From: an uncultured Alphaproteobacteria bacterium
GTDB lineage: Bacteria; Pseudomonadota; Alphaproteobacteria; Geminicoccales; Geminicoccaceae
DNA: 64,000 nt
Direction of reading: 5' to 3'
Assembly: GCA_942491185.1 (NCBI GenBank)
Contig: CALOAB010000004.1
Span: 327,190 to 391,189, forward strand
Both the position numbers and the translations under genes were made by a program. The notes below the pieces were generated by a model that was not told the origin of the DNA, ran no database searches, and saw only the letters and a program-made list of their open reading frames with translations. Positions 59,733-64,000 of the stretch are shown here, piece after piece (the stretch's first letter is position 1; each line of letters opens with the position of its first letter).

Positions 59733-60197
59733 ATGTCCCGCACGCTCAACCTGATACTCGCGGCCGCGCTCTTTTTGGCAAGCATCACGGCATGGGTGCC
59801 GGCGGCGCAGGCCGACGAGGCGATCAACACCACCGCCGACAATGTCGCCATCCTCGGCTACGACGCGGTTGCCTATTTCACGGAATCCCAGCCACGCCAG
59901 GGTGATCCCCAATTCGAGCATGTCTGGCAGGATGCCCGCTGGCGTTTCGCCTCGGCCGAGCACCGCGACCTGTTTGCCGCCGACCCGCGCCGCTACGCGC
60001 CGCGTTATGGCGGTTTCTGCGCCGGCGCCATGGCGCTGGGCTGGAAAGCGCCGATCGACCCCGAAGCCTGGACGATCATCGACGACCGGCTCTATCTGGC
60101 CTTCAACAAGCCGGGTATCGACGAGTTCGCCACCGAGCCGGATACCAACATCGCCAAGGCCGACGCCAACTGGGAGCAGCTCGGCCAGACCGAATAG
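59733..60197 (+). CDS. secreted YHS-domain-like protein (copy 1)
   Basis: 154 aa, GAGGAG upstream, signal peptide ending AAQA. LGYDAVAYFT...W.FAS.EHRDLF..DP..YAPRYGGFCAGAMA. C-terminus NWEQLGQTE. Confidence 0.75.
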   Translation: MSRTLNLILAAALFLASITAWVPAAQADEAINTTADNVAILGYDAVAYFTESQPRQGDPQFEHVWQDARWRFASAEHRDLFAADPRRYAPRYGGFCAGAMALGWKAPIDPEAWTIIDDRLYLAFNKPGIDEFATEPDTNIAKADANWEQLGQTE

Positions 60198-60246
60198 CCG
60201 GCTCAACCGCCAGTCGCCGCCTGCCGACGAGCGTACCGGCGACCCA

Positions 60247-62163
60247 TCAAAGACCAGCCTTGCGCAAGCCCTCCAGCACATGGCGACTTTGCTCGGGCGT
60301 GCCGAGCAGGCTCGCGAACGCCTCGGCATTGAAGAACGGAGCCGTCCGGCGGAGCCGATCGACTGCCGCGGCCGCTTGATCGCCCTGGTCGAGCTGCGCA
60401 TGTGAAGCGGCGAGGATGGCGTGCCACAGCGGCTCCTCACGGACCTCGTCGTCGAACCGATCGATCAGCGCGATCGCATCGGCGTAGCGGCCTTCCAGGT
60501 AGTAGGCGCCGACAAGGCTCTGCAGCGAATCGACCGTCGGATTCGGATCGATCTGCAGCGCCAGCTCCATCGACGAACGCGCCACATCGGGGCGACCGGT
60601 GAAGATCGCCACGCTCGCGCGGATCGCCAGGCTCTCGGCGCTGTTGGGATTGAGGTCGATCGCCCGATCGATCTCGCGCTCGGCGCCCGCAAAGTCGCCC
60701 TTGAACTTCAAGACATCGGCCTGCAGCGCATGGGCCGAAGCGTTCTGCGGATCGAGTGCGATCGCGCGCGATGCTTCCGCGTCGGCCGCAGCCAAAGCGC
60801 GATCGGGCCACTGCGTCCAGCCGAACTTGATATCGTTGAGGTAGGTCCAGCCGCGCTCGACATGCGCATCGGCATAGTCCGGATCGATGGCAATGGCGCG
60901 CTCGAACATCTCCCGCGCCTCGAAATTCGTGACACGCTCGAGGCGACGCAGCAGGTCTCGGCCGTGCAGCACGAGATCATAGGCGCCGAGGCTCTCAGTG
61001 GGCTTGGCGAAGGACTGGGCTTGCTCCGCCTGCGTGACCCGAATGGCGAGCGCCGCCACCAGCTGCCGGGTGATCCGATCCTGCAGCTCGAAGACATCGG
61101 CCAGCTCCTCGTCGAAGCGCTCGGACCAGAGCAGCACACCGCCCTCGGCGTCGCTCAGCTGGACATTGACCCGGAGCCGGTCGCCCGCCCGCTGGATCGA
61201 TCCGCTCACGACGTAGCGGGCACCCAGCTGCGCCGCCAGGTCGTCGAGCGGCGCCGGTCCGTCCTTGTAGGGCGCAACCGCGCTCCAGGAGAGCACCAGC
61301 AAGCCCGAGAAACGGCCGAGCGCGCTGATCACCTCCTCGGTCACGCCGTCGCTGAAATACGCCTCGGCCGCCTCGCCGCTACGATCCTCGAACGGCAGCA
61401 CCGCGATCGTGGGCTTGCCCGCAGGGGCAACGGCCTCGGCGGGTGCCTCGTCGGCCGGCGCCACCACCTCCGATTCGCCGACCAGGCCCAACGGCCCAAA
61501 GGTCAGGAATGCACCGAGCCCGCCCACGACGATCACCGCGAGCACGGCTGCCGGCACCAGCATTCGGCGGCGCGGCCGGCGGCGACGCGCACCGCTCGAC
61601 GACGTGCCGACGGCGAAGACGCGAACGGGCTCCTCGATGTTCTTCAGGCTGTGCGCGCCCAAATCCTCGAACGCGACATCGAGCGAACCGGCGCGCTTGC
61701 CGGCGAGCTGGTCGTGCACCGCGGCTGAGACGGCAATGCCGCCGGGCTCCGCCAGCGCCTCGATACGCGCCGCCACATTCACGCCGTTGCCGAACACGTC
61801 GTCACCATCGACGATGACGTCGCCGAGATTGAGCCCGATGCGAAACGCCAGCTGCTGGTCGGCCGGCAACGCCGCGTTGCGCTCGGCGAGTGCGGCCTGG
61901 ATCTCGACCGCCGCCGTCAGCGCCTCGACGACGCTCTCGAAGATGGCGAGCACGGCATCGCCCGCGGTCCCGACGACGCGGCCACGATGCCGAACGAGCC
62001 GCTCGTCGATGACCTGTCGACAGGCCATCAGCCGGGCGTGCGTGCCGGCCTCGTCGATACCCATGAGCCGACTGTAGCCAGCGACATCGGCATGCAGGAT
62101 GGCTGCCAGCCGCCGCGTTGTGCTGCCGCCGGAAATCTGGTCCACAGAACCGGTTTCAACCAC
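60247..62163 (-). CDS. membrane-anchored class III adenylate/guanylate cyclase with periplasmic TolB-N-like + TPR module (copy 2)
   Basis: Same architecture as copy 1 (LAAILHADVAGYSRLM, GTAGDAVLAIF, GNGVNVAARIE, one TM, KPTIAVLPFEDRSG...YFSDGVTEEVISALGRFSGLLV, TPRs). Collinear similarity along the whole length. Confidence 0.85.
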   Translation of the reverse strand: MVETGSVDQISGGSTTRRLAAILHADVAGYSRLMGIDEAGTHARLMACRQVIDERLVRHRGRVVGTAGDAVLAIFESVVEALTAAVEIQAALAERNAALPADQQLAFRIGLNLGDVIVDGDDVFGNGVNVAARIEALAEPGGIAVSAAVHDQLAGKRAGSLDVAFEDLGAHSLKNIEEPVRVFAVGTSSSGARRRRPRRRMLVPAAVLAVIVVGGLGAFLTFGPLGLVGESEVVAPADEAPAEAVAPAGKPTIAVLPFEDRSGEAAEAYFSDGVTEEVISALGRFSGLLVLSWSAVAPYKDGPAPLDDLAAQLGARYVVSGSIQRAGDRLRVNVQLSDAEGGVLLWSERFDEELADVFELQDRITRQLVAALAIRVTQAEQAQSFAKPTESLGAYDLVLHGRDLLRRLERVTNFEAREMFERAIAIDPDYADAHVERGWTYLNDIKFGWTQWPDRALAAADAEASRAIALDPQNASAHALQADVLKFKGDFAGAEREIDRAIDLNPNSAESLAIRASVAIFTGRPDVARSSMELALQIDPNPTVDSLQSLVGAYYLEGRYADAIALIDRFDDEVREEPLWHAILAASHAQLDQGDQAAAAVDRLRRTAPFFNAEAFASLLGTPEQSRHVLEGLRKAGL

Positions 62164-62196
62164 GATGCTCTCTCAACGGCCTACCTTCGGACAACA

Positions 62197-62216
62197 TCAC
62201 GAATCATTGACTTGCC
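62197..62216. promoter_or_regulatory. conserved 20-nt block in the cyclase/YHS divergent intergenic region (copy 2)
   Basis: TCACGAATCATTGACTTGCC matches 17 of 20 positions of the block at 59608-59627 and includes a TTGACT hexamer. Confidence 0.4.
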
Positions 62217-62291
62217 TGTCCCGGCAGCAACTGCAATTTATGCAAGTACGCCAAGTGATTTGGTAGGCTTAACAGATTCTTGGAGTCGCGT

Positions 62292-62756
62292 ATGGCCCTC
62301 GCCCCGACGAACCGCGCCCTGGCCGCCGTCTTCGGCGCCGCTCTCGGCATGGCAACCCTCGTCGTCCAGGCTGGCGAGGCGGTCAACACCTCGCCCGACG
62401 ATGTCGCCATCCAGGGCTATGACCCGGTCGCCTACTTCACCGAATCACGCCCGGTAAAGGGCGACCCCGCCATCGAGGAAGAGTGGCAGGGTGCCCGCTG
62501 GCAGTTTGCCACGGCCGAGAACCGCGCCTTGTTTTCCGAGAACCCCGACCAGTACGCCCCGCGCTACGGCGGCTTCTGCGCCGGCGGCGTTTCGCTCGGT
62601 CGCAAGGCACCGATCGACCCGGAGTCATGGGTGATCGTCGACGGCAAGCTCTTCCTCGGCGGCTCGAGCAACGCCATCGACTACTTCACCACCGATGGCG
62701 AGGACCGGATGGCCAAGGCCGACACCAACTGGGAGCAACTCGGCCAGACCGAGTGA
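62292..62756 (+). CDS. secreted YHS-domain-like protein (copy 2)
   Basis: 154 aa from ATG 62292 (TGGAG upstream) with a signal peptide. QGYDPVAYFT...YAPRYGGFCAGGVS. C-terminus NWEQLGQTE, identical to copy 1. Confidence 0.75.
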   Translation: MALAPTNRALAAVFGAALGMATLVVQAGEAVNTSPDDVAIQGYDPVAYFTESRPVKGDPAIEEEWQGARWQFATAENRALFSENPDQYAPRYGGFCAGGVSLGRKAPIDPESWVIVDGKLFLGGSSNAIDYFTTDGEDRMAKADTNWEQLGQTE

Positions 62757-62802
62757 GCGACAGATCGGCCTGATCGCCGGCCGCCGTGACGAGACCGGCG
62801 GT

Positions 62803-64000
62803 TCAGTCGGTCGTCGTCATTCCCTTCCCTGTGCTGAGACGAAGCGGGTCGAGGAAGCTCGGCTCGAACCCCGCAAGCTGGACCAAGCGGTCACGATCGT
62901 GGAACGCCACGTAGCCTTGCTTGAAGGTCAACGCACCCATGCGGCGGAGCTCGCGCAGCATGCGGTTCACGTGGATCGACGTCAGCCCCAGCGCGTCGGC
63001 CAGATGCTCCTGGGTCAGCGGACAGCGAAAGCCGTCGTCTCCGGCCAAGAGAACGAGCTTCAAGCGCTCGCCCAGCTCGAGCAGGAGATGAGCCAAGCCG
63101 GCCATCGCCGAGCGGCGACCGGTGCTCACCAGATGCTGCTGGATGATCGCCTTCTCGCGGGCGCCCGACCAATGCAGTAGCTGCGACAGCCGCCCGGGCG
63201 CGTGCTCCAATTGCTCCAGCGCTCGCTCGTCGAGCTTGCCGACCAGGCAATCGGTCAGCGTGACCGCGACTGTCCCGGGCACGGGAATAACGCCGAAATG
63301 ACTGCCGACGAGATCGCCCGGCAGATGAAAATCGATGATCTGCCGGCTGCCGTCGGCCAGGAGATGATAGGAGTGGGCCCAGCCATTGCCGATGACCACC
63401 GGCGGCCGGCCGATCGTCTCGCCATCGACCAGCGGCACCCGTGCCGGCACGAGCTGCTGACGTTGCTCCAGTGCCGCAAGGCGTGGGATGTCCTCTTCGG
63501 CGAGCAGGCCGATACCGGTGAACTTGCGCACCAGTGCGGTGATCCCGCGGCTCAACGGCTCGGCATTCTTCACCGGCTGCGGTGGGCGCTCGGCCAGCTT
63601 GTCGAGCAGCAGATCGCGGTTCTCGCTGGCCAGTAGGTCAGCCGCCAGGCTCTTCTTGCCGTTGAGCGCGAACGAGGCGCCGGTAAGGCCGACGATGTCG
63701 CCGGCAACATCGCGCAGCGGCTCGAGATGCACATCGAAGCGAAACGTGCCTTGGTCGGTCTCGATGGTCACCACCTCGCGGACCGCCTTGCCGGTCTCGA
63801 TCACCTGCCGCTTGAGCGCTTCCACCTCGGTCGCCGAGTTCGCTGGCATGAGCTCCGCATCGGTCCGACCGAGCACGGCGGCCGTGTCGTAACCGATGGT
63901 CGGGTTGTGAATCCACGTGTAGCGAAGCGCCCGGTTCTGCTGAAACAGTGTTATGGCGGTGTCGGCAAGGGCCACCTCCAGGCGGCGCCTGCTCGTCTCG
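62803..64000 (-). CDS. PAS domain + cyclic-nucleotide-binding domain + Crp/Fnr-type HTH regulator (5' end probably outside the window)
   Basis: C-terminal HTH (LTQEHLADALGLTSIHVNRMLRELRRMG), central cNMP-binding-like beta-barrel (...YHLLADGSRQIIDFHLPGDLVG), and an N-terminal PAS-like part (LFQQNRALRYTWIHNP...). The frame is still open at base 64000. Confidence 0.8.
   Translation of the reverse strand, partial: ETSRRRLEVALADTAITLFQQNRALRYTWIHNPTIGYDTAAVLGRTDAELMPANSATEVEALKRQVIETGKAVREVVTIETDQGTFRFDVHLEPLRDVAGDIVGLTGASFALNGKKSLAADLLASENRDLLLDKLAERPPQPVKNAEPLSRGITALVRKFTGIGLLAEEDIPRLAALEQRQQLVPARVPLVDGETIGRPPVVIGNGWAHSYHLLADGSRQIIDFHLPGDLVGSHFGVIPVPGTVAVTLTDCLVGKLDERALEQLEHAPGRLSQLLHWSGAREKAIIQQHLVSTGRRSAMAGLAHLLLELGERLKLVLLAGDDGFRCPLTQEHLADALGLTSIHVNRMLRELRRMGALTFKQGYVAFHDRDRLVQLAGFEPSFLDPLRLSTGKGMTTTD

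Overview
GC-rich, gene-dense chromosomal segment, probably from an alphaproteobacterium. This is inferred from gene content: DUF1849/EipB, ELM1-family, CIA30, MipA, TRAP and noc-like ABC importers, and several TPR-linked class III cyclases. I call about 60 protein genes. I recognised no rRNA, tRNA, CRISPR, transposase, integrase or phage genes. Many long ORFs in the track are antisense shadow ORFs typical of high-GC DNA and are ignored.

Layout:
- 0.2-3.4 kb: polar amino-acid/opine ABC importer.
- 3.5-12 kb: pirin, 2OG oxygenase, orphan Flp pilin, dusA, butyrobetaine-hydroxylase-like gene with a GlxA regulator, ABC-F.
- 12.4-22.3 kb: amn, TRAP transporter, envelope proteins.
- 22.3-24.2 kb: decayed TPR-repeat gene with 141-bp tandem repeats.
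- 24.3-47.2 kb: moaA, nadK, rhlE, acnA and sugar/redox genes.
- 47.3-57.7 kb: a same-strand, translationally coupled cluster of lipid-type enzymes wrapped around lptF-lptG.
- 57.7-64 kb: a tandemly duplicated divergent pair (membrane class III cyclase with a periplasmic TPR module, plus a secreted YHS-like protein), followed by a PAS-cNMP-HTH regulator.

The last two regions are my best candidates for undescribed biology.

Caveat: at least four otherwise well-conserved genes (TPR gene, moaA, a 2-hydroxyacid dehydrogenase, a GT8-ELM1 fusion) are broken by small indels. One GNAT gene also lacks a canonical start. Either the assembly carries indel errors or the lineage is accumulating pseudogenes. 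All family assignments come from reading the translations and recalling family signatures; no searches were run.
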